DNA from: Halomicrobium mukohataei DSM 12286
Lineage (GTDB): Archaea; Halobacteriota; Halobacteria; Halobacteriales; Haloarculaceae
DNA length: 32,000 nt
Direction: 5' to 3'
NCBI RefSeq assembly: GCF_000023965.1
Contig: NC_013201.1
Span: 150,001 to 182,000, forward strand
Shown here: positions 1 through 8,807 of the stretch, one piece after another
Layout of the letters: each line of letters starts with the position of its first letter
Position numbering within the stretch: position 1 is the first letter of the stretch
Notes under the pieces: generated by a model
Database searches by the model: none
Told to the model about the DNA's origin: nothing
The model's input: only the letters and a program-made list of their open reading frames with translations
Made by a program: the position numbers and the translations under genes

Positions 1-154
1 GAACAGGAGGATGCTCTCACGGAACTGCCGATGGTAGTTCTAATTCCCACGGGAAAGTAACGCCGGCGGTCTGGGCTTTGACAAGAATCGTTCGAGACGC
101 TTTAGCAACCGCCTCTCGAAATTCACACTACTGGAAAAGTCACCAGAGTAGCTG

Positions 155-346
155 TTAGCAGCAGTCGCTTCCAGCGCCGCAGACCTCACCGTACTCGAGA
201 CCAATCCCGTCGTTGATCGCTTCGTTACACTCGGTCAGCAGTGACTCGAACTCGTCAGCAGTCACCTCCGACTGTGCCATATCGAGGTCTTCACCGAGCG
301 CTTCAGCGGCGATCAGAACTTCATCGTCGGAGGCGCTCAACAGCAC
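155..346 (-). CDS. Small acidic protein ending in Cys-Cys; homologous to the C-terminal module of the upstream YlbF/YmcA-like ORF
   Basis: 63-codon ORF with a GTG start that overlaps the end of ORF 337-705 by 10 nt. The tail LLTECNEAINDGIGLEYGEVCGAGSDCC aligns with LLEQTNDVISEQIRREFAQSSGGGCC of the upstream ORF. Same strand and operon as arsDA. An internal ATG (MAQSEV...) is an alternative start. Confidence 0.45.
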   Translation of the reverse strand: MLLSASDDEVLIAAEALGEDLDMAQSEVTADEFESLLTECNEAINDGIGLEYGEVCGAGSDCC

Positions 347-705
347 CCACCTCCGGATGACTGCGCGAACTCCCGCCTGATCTGTTCGCTGATCACATCG
401 TTCGTCTGTTCGAGTAGCGCCACGAGTTCCTCTTGCGCTGCCCGATGCTGTTGGATCGTCTCGTTGTTCGAGAGTTCGGTCTGTAGCTCCTGTAATTCGC
501 TCATGACTGACGAGTCGAACTCGTCTCGCTGTAACTCCTGTTGTTTTTCTTGGTACGTTTCGAGCAGAGACTGCGCCTCCTCGTCGGCCTCGAGTTGTTC
601 GCTCGCGTCGACGAACTGCTGATAGGTCTCCGAGTCTCGGAGCGTCTCGATGAACGCCTGCAACGACGCTTCGACGGCTGGTGCCTCCGATACACTTTCG
701 CTCAC
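337..705 (-). CDS. YlbF/YmcA-like (Com_YlbF-type) acidic helical protein with a C-terminal GGGCC
   Basis: 122 aa. The GTG start overlaps the arsA TGA stop (GTGA), implying translational coupling. Glu/Gln-rich heptad-like sequence (QQFVDASEQLEADEEAQSLLETYQEKQQELQ). The Gly-Cys tail recalls the Cys/Gly-rich C terminus of Bacillus YlbF. Confidence 0.6.
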   Translation of the reverse strand: MSESVSEAPAVEASLQAFIETLRDSETYQQFVDASEQLEADEEAQSLLETYQEKQQELQRDEFDSSVMSELQELQTELSNNETIQQHRAAQEELVALLEQTNDVISEQIRREFAQSSGGGCC

Positions 706-2633
706 GACACCGTCACCTCCTGTTCCGTCTCCGTAGTGAGTGCGTCCAGTCCGGTGATCTCTTCACCGAACGCGCGTAGTTCGTCCAGTCCAATCGGCTC
801 GTCCTGACGTAGCGGGGCGAGCATCATCGGCACGTCGAACCGATCGTTGATCTTGCCGAGGTACTCCGCCTGCTGAGCGCGGCGATTCTCGAAGAAGGCG
901 TTGTCACCGTATTCCTCGGGGAGCAGGTAGTTTGTGACCACCAGCGAAGTCTCGATCCCGACTTGATCTTTGAGGTCTGCGGCGGCCCGGTAGGCTTCCA
1001 TCATTGGGGTGTACTCAGGGTACATCACGAACGCGAACGTACTCCGTTCGGGGTCCTTCATCGTCTCGATGACCTCGTCGTACTGGTCGCCTTTCGCGGG
1101 CGCGGCACCCTTTGTCAGCGAACCCAAATCCATGAAGCCCTTCCAGTCGGAGGGGAGTTCGAGCAGTCGGAGCGTGTGTCCCGTGGGAGCGGTGTCAAAG
1201 ACGACGACATCGTAGCCGTCTTCGTCGAAGTAGCTCACGAACTTCTCGAGCGCGGCCATCTCTTCGGCACACGGAGACTCCAGTTCCTCTTCGACGTTCG
1301 CAATCGCCGCGTCCACGTCAATCTGTGTGTCCTCCTTGTCTTCGTACATCTCGGTGACGTGGTCGAGGACCTGCGTGCGGTACTCTTCGAGCGCTTTCTC
1401 CTGGTCAATCCGTGCCGCGTCGAGGTTTGCTTGACCGACCGATGTCGGCTCGTGGCCGACCGGTTCGCCGAAGATATCCTCAAGATGGGCGGCCGGGTCA
1501 GTTGTGACGACGAGCGTTTCGTGGCCAGCTTCGGCGAGTTTCGTCGCCGCCGTCGAGGCAATCGTACTCTTGCCGACGCCGCCCTTCCCAGTGAAGAAAA
1601 GATACCGCGTCTCATCGCCCGGTTGGAGCTGGTCGGCGACCGCCTCGGAGTCAGCCATCGACTCGAAGTCGACCGCAGTCTCTGCGTCTACATCGGTCGC
1701 CGTCCCAACGTCGACGGTCGCCTCGTCGCCGTCGTACAGTACGCCACCGACATCTGCGAGTAGATCGAGCCCTGCGATTTCGCCCGGCTGGAGTGGGTAC
1801 GTCGCCATCGCGTCGGCGTCGAACTCCGTCCGTGCGCGCTCGATAACTGCCTGCTCGTCTGCGCGTTTCCCCTGGAAGAACGGATCCTCACACACCGGCT
1901 CGGGGAGATAGCCGTTGATGATCAGCAGTTGGGACTCGATCCCAAGCTCGCCGAGGTCTCTTGCACTGCGCTCGATTTCGTCGATTGAGGAGTCCTCGGG
2001 CTTGCCGACGAACGCGAAGGACGTACGCTCGCCGTCTTGGAGCGTGTCGATGGCACGCTCGTAGTCCTGTTTGCGCTCTTCCATCGAGGCTGCCGGCCCA
2101 ATACAGGTCGAGCCGCCTTTCTCCAGTTCAGCGTTCCAGTCGGAGGGCAGCTCCATCAACCGGATCGTGTGACCGGTCGGCGCCGTGTCGAAGACGACCA
2201 CATCGTACTCGGGGCAGTCCATGAAGTCTACGAAGTTGTCGAAGGCGGCGATCTCTTCGACACACGGGCTGTTGAGTTGCTCCTCGACGGTTTCGAGTTG
2301 CTCGTCGTCGAGCAATTGCTGCATCGGTTCAATCGTCTCCTGTCGATACTCCTCGGCCGCCGTGTCTGGGTCGATCTCGATGGCCGAGAGGTTCTCGATG
2401 TCGTCGATAGCAGTGACATCGTGACCGATCTCCTGGCCGAAGATATCCGAGAGGTTCGGTGCAGGATCGGTCGTCACCAGCAGCGTCTCGTAGTCGTTGT
2501 CCGCGAGCCAAGTCGCCGTCGCGCAGCTCACAGTACTCTTACCGACACCGCCTTTGCCGCTGAAAAAGACGAATTCGGTCTCCTTGCTGGTCGGCTCTAC
2601 GACCGCTCGTACGTCGGGGGGCGTCGTGCTCAT
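702..2633 (-). CDS. arsA: Arsenite-stimulated ATPase ArsA (two-domain)
   Basis: 643 aa with two homologous halves. Each half has a deviant Walker A (GKGGVGKST at residues about 27 and about 350), a DTAPTGHT signature in both halves, and TTDPA motifs. It lies immediately downstream of arsD. Confidence 0.95.
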   Translation of the reverse strand: MSTTPPDVRAVVEPTSKETEFVFFSGKGGVGKSTVSCATATWLADNDYETLLVTTDPAPNLSDIFGQEIGHDVTAIDDIENLSAIEIDPDTAAEEYRQETIEPMQQLLDDEQLETVEEQLNSPCVEEIAAFDNFVDFMDCPEYDVVVFDTAPTGHTIRLMELPSDWNAELEKGGSTCIGPAASMEERKQDYERAIDTLQDGERTSFAFVGKPEDSSIDEIERSARDLGELGIESQLLIINGYLPEPVCEDPFFQGKRADEQAVIERARTEFDADAMATYPLQPGEIAGLDLLADVGGVLYDGDEATVDVGTATDVDAETAVDFESMADSEAVADQLQPGDETRYLFFTGKGGVGKSTIASTAATKLAEAGHETLVVTTDPAAHLEDIFGEPVGHEPTSVGQANLDAARIDQEKALEEYRTQVLDHVTEMYEDKEDTQIDVDAAIANVEEELESPCAEEMAALEKFVSYFDEDGYDVVVFDTAPTGHTLRLLELPSDWKGFMDLGSLTKGAAPAKGDQYDEVIETMKDPERSTFAFVMYPEYTPMMEAYRAAADLKDQVGIETSLVVTNYLLPEEYGDNAFFENRRAQQAEYLGKINDRFDVPMMLAPLRQDEPIGLDELRAFGEEITGLDALTTETEQEVTVS

Positions 2634-2636
2634 GCG

Positions 2637-2966
2637 TTAGGCCTCCTGGGTCGGAGTGGCTGTTTCGAGTGCTGCCGCGAGTTCGTCGTACGAGAGGTAC
2701 TCGGACTTGCCGACAATTTCGTCGTCAACGACAGTGATCGGCAAAATCGATGGACCGTGTTCCTCGACGAGGTCGGAGATAGACTCGGTCTCGAGGAACT
2801 GATCGATATTGTGCTGCATGTTCGCCCGAGAGATATCGACATCTTCGAATTCCGCTTCGAGCTGATCGAGTGCGGCGCTGACCTCGACGAGTTCGTCGTC
2901 GGGGTCAGGTCCACAAACGCCGGTGGAACAACACATCGCTTCTTCGTACAGGGAAAGTTCAGTCAT
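2637..2966 (-). CDS. arsD: Arsenic metallochaperone / weak repressor ArsD
   Basis: 109 aa. The N-terminal MCCSTGVCGP carries the Cys12-Cys13-Cys18 As(III)-binding triad typical of ArsD. The stop is 3 nt upstream of the arsA start. Confidence 0.9.
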   Translation of the reverse strand: MTELSLYEEAMCCSTGVCGPDPDDELVEVSAALDQLEAEFEDVDISRANMQHNIDQFLETESISDLVEEHGPSILPITVVDDEIVGKSEYLSYDELAAALETATPTQEA

Positions 2967-3285
2967 TGAGCTGAAAGGTGTGTTTTCTCAATTGTCTGGC
3001 CATCAGTCCGGCGGTCACCGATCATATCGCAGCTGTTGTTCCATCGCATTCAATTGAGTACTTGTTCAATCATGCTCATAAGATCTTCGGCTCGCACAGA
3101 CGTAGTCAATACTCTAATCGTGCTAAAGGCACTGAACAGATGGTTCTTCTCGTCGAGTCGTTTGCCTCTGTCGGTAGATCTCCAGTATATCTCACGGAGT
3201 GCTAAAGCAACAAGACTGGAATCGAGTGTCCCAGTGCATAAGCCACTCCAGAATACTTAATTCGTTATCTGCTTAATCGATTTGT

Positions 3286-3678
3286 ATGTCATCAACCGAG
3301 CGGCTACAACGGTACCTTGCCGACGAGCGAGGTGGGTGTGGCGACGAAGAGGTATGCCAGCGTCTATCGGAACTCGAAGAGATAGACGCGGCCGCAGGTG
3401 GGCCTGCACTGGACGAAGACGTTGAATTGCTATCCGCGCTTGCGAACGAGACTCGGTACAAGATTGTTCGTATCCTCCATATCGCTGGCGAAGAGCTCTG
3501 CGTCTGTGAATTTGCGCCGCTGCTCGACGTCAGTGACAGCGCAATTAGCCATGCACTGTCCCAACTCACCGACGCTGGACTCATCACTCGCCGAAAAGAG
3601 GGGAAGTGGCGGAAATATCGAGCGACAGCACGAGCCAACGCCGTTCTCATCGCTCTGGATGGATCGCGGGAGCTATGA
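3286..3678 (+). CDS. arsR: ArsR/SmtB-family metalloregulator
   Basis: 130 aa. It has the ELCVCEF metal-binding motif followed by a winged HTH (SDSAISHALSQLTDAGLITRRKEGKWRKY). Divergent from arsDA across a lower-GC, roughly 320-nt intergenic region. Confidence 0.85.
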   Translation: MSSTERLQRYLADERGGCGDEEVCQRLSELEEIDAAAGGPALDEDVELLSALANETRYKIVRILHIAGEELCVCEFAPLLDVSDSAISHALSQLTDAGLITRRKEGKWRKYRATARANAVLIALDGSREL

Positions 3679-3865
3679 TTGTACACAGGAGCGATCAATA
3701 CGGCCCGTTGATGAACTAACACCCCATTGCTTGGTCGGACGATATTTTCGAGTGAGCCGTCAGCAATGGGTAATAGCCATCGTTCGCTATGATAGATGAT
3801 GGGTGATATATCCAAGAACAATCCACAGAGGAGTGCTTGACACGGTATAATAAAGGAGACAATCT

Positions 3866-4150
3866 ATGGTACAGCATTATTGGCGAAGTTTGGATTTGTG
3901 TGTACAGAATGTGGGGCGAAGCCAGATGTCAGCTGCGTTCGCAGAGCGGGAACGTGATCTACGAAAATCGGGGGATGAGTTCGAGATTCTCTCCGGCGGT
4001 ACACACCCCGCTGAACGCGTCCACGAGGAAGTAATCACAGTCATGCAAGAACGTGGTATCGACCTCTCTGACCGAACGCCTTGAGAGGTCTCGAATAACG
4101 AACTCGAATCGTGCGACGTCGTCGGCCTCGCCAAGTGCCCAGTAGTTGCT
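3866..4150 (+). pseudogene. arsC: LMW-PTP-type arsenate reductase ArsC, disrupted (in-frame TGA at 4082-4084, C-terminal half missing)
   Basis: CVQNVGRSQMSAAFAE is the CX5R(S/T) phosphatase loop. Reading through the TGA gives EVSNNELESCDVVGLAKCP, which still aligns with ArsC (..ADLVVTLCGDA..CP). No frame afterwards resembles the ArsC C terminus. Confidence 0.6.
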
Positions 4151-4362
4151 TCGTGGCGAACGAGCCCGCGATCTTCGAGTCGCGAGAGGACAGCACTGAT
4201 GCTCCCGGCGTTCACGTCTGTCGTGATCGCCCTTACACCTTCGCGGCAGACCACATCGACCGTTCGGCCCCGTTCTCGGGCGACAGCCGCGACGCAATCG
4301 ACCGGTTCCTCAACGAGCACGAACGGGAACTGCGCGAGCGGTACGAGACCTGATTGAGTCAT
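4135..4362 (-). other. Possible 5' fragment of a winged-helix regulator gene, abutting the arsC stub (coding strand ambiguous)
   Basis: The minus frame reads ...ITTDVNAGSISAVLSRLEDRGLVRHE, which is HTH-like. It then degenerates where it overlaps the arsC stub. The opposite frame 4111-4353 (+) also has GC3-rich codons, so the coding strand cannot be settled by eye. Confidence 0.25.
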
Positions 4363-4447
4363 GAAGCTTGTTCAGGGGGTTTAGCTTCAGTATCGAATGC
4401 ACTCCAGCACTCTTGACTGACTCACGCTGCCGGAATCCAACAGTAGC

Positions 4448-4792
4448 TCACAAATCGATCGTACTGAGACTTGCTTCGACGAGATTCTCGGGTATGAACG
4501 GTGACGTGAGTGTTGGTGAGTAGCCCAGTGCCCGTGCCAGGATGACGTGTGCAGTTGCCTGGACGGACATGATCTGGTCGACGACGTTGTCTTCGTGCAT
4601 GTCCTGTTCGTGGAACGAGAGCATCGACTCGATACCCGATTGGACAACGTCCGATTCGTCATCGCGGACGCCACGTGCAACTGATAGTATCGCTTGACCG
4701 TAGTCCGCGTGCTTCCCCAACGCTTGTTTAGCCAGGTGACGACACTGCTCAATGAAGTCGAGGATATCGATTTCCATGCCAGGTTCGATCAC
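4448..4792 (-). CDS. Hypothetical acidic protein
   Basis: 114-aa ORF with an ATG start and haloarchaeal-like codon usage. I recognised no family. Confidence 0.45.
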   Translation of the reverse strand: MIEPGMEIDILDFIEQCRHLAKQALGKHADYGQAILSVARGVRDDESDVVQSGIESMLSFHEQDMHEDNVVDQIMSVQATAHVILARALGYSPTLTSPFIPENLVEASLSTIDL

Positions 4793-4941
4793 CTCGGCTT
4801 CAGCCTTCTAAACCGGTGATACCAGTTGATAAGATCGCTCTTCAACAGAGCAGTTGTAAGGTCTCTTCAGTCAGGAGAGACAGCTATGCTTCGAAGGCAG
4901 CTAGGGGACCATATTGCTATGTGGAACGCGGTCGGATGCTA

Positions 4942-5303
4942 CTAGTCGAGGCCACCCCCGCTCTGGTATTCGGTCACCTGCGTCTCGAAATTCTCTTCCG
5001 CGTTCAGGTTGACTTGCTCGGACATCCACGGGAACGGATTGTCAGTCCCGTACTGCTCCGGTAAGTCGAGTTGTCCAAGGCGCCGGTCGGCGATGTGTTC
5101 GACGTACTCGGCGAACTGCTCGGCACTCATGCCAAGTATTTCGTCAGGATACGCCTCATAGGTGTAATTTTCTCTATCTCGACCGCTTCAGTAATCTGGT
5201 CGGCTACCTCGTCGCCGAACTCGTCGGTCCACACGCCGGGATTCTCCGACCAAATCTGTCTGATGAGATCCACTCCGAAGCCGTCAACGACCGAGGTACG
5301 CAT
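4942..5303 (-). pseudogene. Remnant (C-terminal third) of a second class I RNR beta subunit, frameshifted
   Basis: My minus-strand translation gives ..VDGFGVDLIRQIWSENPGVWTDEFGDEVADQITEAVEIEKI. After a 1-nt frame change near 5165-5175 it continues YTYEAYPDEILGMSAEQFAEYVEHIADRRLGQLDLPEQYGTDNPFPWMSEQVNLNAEENFETQVTEYQ. This is collinear with residues about 205-330 of the intact nrdB at 7063-8079. All iron-ligand regions upstream are missing. Confidence 0.7.
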
Positions 5304-5365
5304 ACGCCGAGGGGTAGGGTGGCGTAGTTTACATGGACCACTCTATCATACCGGCCGATGGGATA

Positions 5366-7060
5366 TCAGCTCTCACAGGCCTTGCATTCGAGGATGTCTC
5401 GGCTGAACTTCTGTGCGGCGTTCACGCTATGTTGGTAGTAGAGACTCTTCACCCCTTTCTTCCAGGCCTCGATGTAGAGCTGGTTGATCTCCTTGACGCT
5501 CACTTCGCTCGGATCGATCGAGACGTTCAGGCTCTGTGCCTGATCGATGTGTTTCTGCCGCTGCGCCGCCTGGTTGATGATCGCCATCTGTGGGATCTCG
5601 GCGAAGGTCTTGAACACCTCCTTCTCCTCGTCGGTCAGGCAGTCGAGGTGTTGCACGCTCCCGTCGTTCTGTGCGATGCTGTCCCAGACCTCGCGCTCGT
5701 CTCTGCCTCGCTCTTTCAGTATCGCCTCAAGGAACCGGTTCTTCTGCGTCGACTTCAGCTTCGCACCGTCGCGGACGAAGTAGTTCGATTTCAGCGGTTC
5801 GATGCTCGGACTGACCTGCCCCAGGATGACACTGCTGGATTTCGTCGGGGCCACGCTCATCGTCGTCGCGTTCCGGCGACCGTAGCCCTCGAGTACCTCC
5901 GGCTCGCCGAACTCGTCGGCGAGCCGACGACTCTCCTCGTAACTTCGCTCCTTGATCGTGCGGAAGATTGCCTCGTTTTTCTCCATCGCCTCCATGCTGT
6001 CGAACGGAATCATCTCGCTCTGGAGGTAGCTGTGCCAGCCGAGGACGCCGATGCCGACCGCCCTGTGCCGTTTCGCAAACCGTACTGGGCGTTCCATGAA
6101 CTGCGTCCCCTCCGCCTCTTGGATGAACTCCTCTATGACGGCGTCGAGGAACCGCGTCAGCGTCTCTACTGCGTCGGTGTCCTTCCACTCGTCGTAGTGG
6201 AGCGCGTTCATCGACGAGAGACAACAGACGAAACTCTCGTCTGGCGTGGCCGGCAGCGCGATCTCGGTACACAGGTTAGAGCCGTTGATCTCGTAGCCCC
6301 TGTCCTTGTAGACCTGTGGCTTCCCGTCGTTCATGTTGTCCCGGAAGATAATATACGGGACACCGATGTTGATCCGCGTCTCTATGATCTCTGCCCACGT
6401 CTCTCGCTTCTCTTCGTCGCCGTCGACCATCGCCCGGAACCAATCGTCACCGATGATGACGCCGTAGTAGATGTCCTGTACGGGGTCGCCCTCGGTCTTG
6501 ATGTTGAGCCACTCGTCCAGGTCGTCGTGTTCGACGTCGATGTACCCCGCGAACTGGCCGCGCCGCGTCTCGCCCTGGCTGACGACGTTGATGATCGTGT
6601 CGAACAGTTCGGTGAAGCTGTAGCTCCCATTGCTCTTGCCGTTGTTCGTGATCGGGCTACCTCGGGGCCGGATCTCGCCGAAGTACCCGCTGGTCCCGCC
6701 GCCCAGCTTGGTCATCTCGCCCACTTCGGCCTGCGTGTAGAGGATGCTCTCCATGTTGTCCTCCATGTAGCTACCGAAGCAGCTGATGGGCAGGCCCCGG
6801 TCCAGACCGAAGTTCGACCACACCGGACTCGCGAGGCTGTAGAAGCCCCGACTCATGTAGTCGTAGAACTTGTCCGCGAAGCCGTCGTCGTCCAGGATCT
6901 CCTCGGCTCGCTCCGCGATCTCCCTGACCCGCTCCTCGGCCGTGACGCCCTCGATCAGGTACCCCTCGTCGAGGAACGCCCGGCTGTCCTCGTTCAGCCA
7001 GTAGAACGGTTCCTCGTGCTGCTGGTTGACCTCGTCGAGTGCTGGTTCTGTTTGTACCAT
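5366..7060 (-). CDS. nrdA: Ribonucleoside-diphosphate reductase alpha subunit, short form without an N-terminal ATP-cone
   Basis: Motifs found: SNLCTEI active-site loop, PISCFGSY, VAPTKSSS, and a C-terminal CKAC redox pair. I place the start at MVQTEPALDE (ATG 7058-7060), 2 nt after the nrdB stop. The track's 7171 start would overlap nrdB. Confidence 0.9.
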   Translation of the reverse strand: MVQTEPALDEVNQQHEEPFYWLNEDSRAFLDEGYLIEGVTAEERVREIAERAEEILDDDGFADKFYDYMSRGFYSLASPVWSNFGLDRGLPISCFGSYMEDNMESILYTQAEVGEMTKLGGGTSGYFGEIRPRGSPITNNGKSNGSYSFTELFDTIINVVSQGETRRGQFAGYIDVEHDDLDEWLNIKTEGDPVQDIYYGVIIGDDWFRAMVDGDEEKRETWAEIIETRINIGVPYIIFRDNMNDGKPQVYKDRGYEINGSNLCTEIALPATPDESFVCCLSSMNALHYDEWKDTDAVETLTRFLDAVIEEFIQEAEGTQFMERPVRFAKRHRAVGIGVLGWHSYLQSEMIPFDSMEAMEKNEAIFRTIKERSYEESRRLADEFGEPEVLEGYGRRNATTMSVAPTKSSSVILGQVSPSIEPLKSNYFVRDGAKLKSTQKNRFLEAILKERGRDEREVWDSIAQNDGSVQHLDCLTDEEKEVFKTFAEIPQMAIINQAAQRQKHIDQAQSLNVSIDPSEVSVKEINQLYIEAWKKGVKSLYYQHSVNAAQKFSRDILECKACES

Positions 7061-7062
7061 CG

Positions 7063-8079
7063 TTAGAACATGTCCTCCGCGGTGACGCTCTGTGCGTGTT
7101 TGTTGTACGTGGTCGACCGCTTGCTGAAGAAGTCGTTGTCCTTCGTCATCATGATGTCCTCGTCGAACCACCGCGTCTCCTCGAGCAGGTCCTCGTCCGG
7201 CTCGAAGATCGGCTCGACACCGACGTTCTCGAGGCTCTGGTTGAAACGGTCCCGCAGGAACGCGTCGACGTGCGCCCGGGGAAGGAACTCCAGTTCGCCC
7301 TCACCGAAGATCCAGTCCAGTATCTTCATCTCTGCCTCGAACGCCTGCTGACAGGCCGCTTGGACCTCTTCTTCGAAGTCCTCGTCGAAGAGGTCCGGAT
7401 TCTCCTCGCGAATCGTCTCCACGAGTTCGACACCGAACAGTCCGTGAATCTGCTCCTCCTTGCTGGTCGCTTCGACGGCGTTCGCGATCCCCTTGAACTT
7501 CTTCTCGTGTTTGTCGAAGCTCGTCATGATGAGGAACTGCGAGAACAGCGAGACGTGCTCGACGAACGTGGAGAACAGCAGGAGACTCATCACGTACTCC
7601 TGTGTGTCGTCGCTCTCGCTCTTCTCGAGGTACTCGTCGAGGTAGTCGATCCGCTCCTCGATTGCGGGGACATCGGTCACCTCCTCGAAGTCCTCCGTGA
7701 TCCCCAAGATGTCGAGGAGATGGCTGTACGCGTCCATGTGTCTGACCTCGCTCTCGGCGAAGGTCATGCCGACGTTCCCGACCTCCGCTTTGGGCATCTC
7801 GTCGTAGATGTCTGCCCAAAAGGTCTTGACCTGGACCTCAATCTGCGCGATGGCCAGCATCGTCCGCTTGATGACGGCCTTTTCTGCCGGAGTCGTGTTG
7901 ACCTTGAAGTCCTGCACGTCTCCCGAGAAGTTGAACTCCGTGTGAACCCAGTAGCTGTTCCGTATCGCGTCTTTGTACTCGAGGACGTCAGGGTACTCGT
8001 ACGGTTTGAGCTGTGTCCGTTCGGAGAAGATGTCGGTCTCCGTATCTCCGCCTGTGGTTTTGTTTTCAGTCATTGGCAC
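7063..8079 (-). CDS. nrdB: Ribonucleoside-diphosphate reductase beta subunit (di-iron/tyrosyl radical type)
   Basis: 338 aa. ESEVRHMDAY supplies E-x2-H-x3-Y (the radical Tyr). FVEHVSLFSQF and EEQIHGLF (E-x2-H) supply the remaining metal ligands. Confidence 0.9.
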   Translation of the reverse strand: MPMTENKTTGGDTETDIFSERTQLKPYEYPDVLEYKDAIRNSYWVHTEFNFSGDVQDFKVNTTPAEKAVIKRTMLAIAQIEVQVKTFWADIYDEMPKAEVGNVGMTFAESEVRHMDAYSHLLDILGITEDFEEVTDVPAIEERIDYLDEYLEKSESDDTQEYVMSLLLFSTFVEHVSLFSQFLIMTSFDKHEKKFKGIANAVEATSKEEQIHGLFGVELVETIREENPDLFDEDFEEEVQAACQQAFEAEMKILDWIFGEGELEFLPRAHVDAFLRDRFNQSLENVGVEPIFEPDEDLLEETRWFDEDIMMTKDNDFFSKRSTTYNKHAQSVTAEDMF

Positions 8080-8242
8080 GTACTCCGGAGGAGTCGCCCT
8101 CTGTTGGTTGGCTTCTGTTGCCGTCGTTCATTCGTTCGGTGCGTTCGAAGGCACCCGTGTCGCTTTCTGTACGCCTGGACGTGGGCCATGCTCGCCCGGT
8201 CAGGAATTGACCGAACATTCGTTTGATCTGCGTATATTTGTG

Positions 8243-8731
8243 TCATTGTGAACTGTTCGAGGCTTCGAAGTCATCGAGTTCCGCATCCAAGACTGCATCA
8301 AGTTCTCTCAGGAATTCCTGCGGCTCAGAGAATGCTTTGTAAACGGAGACAAATCGAATGTAGGCTACCTTATCGAGCGTGCGGAGGCTTTCAGAGACGA
8401 GTTCGCCGATGAGACTCGAAGAGACGATACGTGCCTCTCGACCTTGCAGTTCGCTCTCGACATCGTCGACGAGAGCAGTCACTGTTGTCTCGGTCACATC
8501 TCGCTTCTCAACGGCTCGCTCGATCCCTGCGCGGAGTTTCTGTCGGTCGAACGATTCGATGGTTCCGTCGCGTTTTTTCACTTGGAGGGACTCCCACTCC
8601 GGACGTTCGTAGGTGGTAAAGCGGAACGAACAGCGTTGACACTCGCGACGCCGTCGGACGGAGGTTCCGTCGGCACTGGTTTCTGTATCGATGACGCGTG
8701 TTCGCTCGTTCCCGCAGTCCGGGCAGTTCAT
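8243..8731 (-). CDS. nrdR: NrdR transcriptional repressor (zinc ribbon plus ATP-cone)
   Basis: MNCPDCGNERTRVIDT...CQRCSFRFTTYE is the CxxC...CxxC ribbon. VKKRDGTIESFDRQKLRAGIERA is the ATP-cone. ATG at 8729-8731 is preferred over the track's GTG at 8740 because NrdR proteins start M-x-CP-x-C. Confidence 0.9.
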   Translation of the reverse strand: MNCPDCGNERTRVIDTETSADGTSVRRRRECQRCSFRFTTYERPEWESLQVKKRDGTIESFDRQKLRAGIERAVEKRDVTETTVTALVDDVESELQGREARIVSSSLIGELVSESLRTLDKVAYIRFVSVYKAFSEPQEFLRELDAVLDAELDDFEASNSSQ

Positions 8732-8762
8732 AGTTGTCACTACTTAATCCTCTATGGTCTTA

Positions 8763-8807
8763 ACCCTATATGTGGTACTTCTCGATTTTAACCGCAATAT
8801 ATGGTGG
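8763..8807. promoter_or_regulatory. Two NrdR-box-like palindromes upstream of nrdR
   Basis: ACCCTATATGTGGTAC (8763-8778) and CCGCAATATATGGTGG (8792-8807) both fit the bacterial NrdR-box pattern acaCwAtATaTwGtgt at most core positions. By my count the centres are 29 bp apart. They sit 32-76 nt upstream of the nrdR ATG. Confidence 0.5.

Noticed and set aside
1-60. Frame-1 open stretch ending in TAA at 58-60 (..EQEDALTELPMVVLIPTGK), a possible 3' end of an upstream gene
   Set aside because: Only 19 codons are visible. No motif is recognisable and coding cannot be assessed.
2985-3062. CAATTG and TCAATTGA palindromes in the arsD-arsR intergenic region as ArsR operators, and TACTTAAT near 3253 as the arsR TATA box
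   Set aside because: These are short AT-rich palindromes in an AT-rich spacer and are expected by chance. I cannot tie them to a defined ArsR operator consensus.
3877-4362. Full 161-aa minus-strand ORF as a gene
   Set aside because: Only the first 75 or so residues look protein-like (HTH-like). The rest is antisense to the arsC stub and is Ser/Arg-rich. I kept only a low-confidence fragment call.
8228-8243. A third NrdR-box candidate (CTGCGTATATTTGTGT) overlapping the nrdR stop, about 150 nt upstream of nrdB
   Set aside because: Only one half-site (ACACAAATA on the gene strand) fits the consensus. The other half is out of register. This is too weak to call without a matrix scan.
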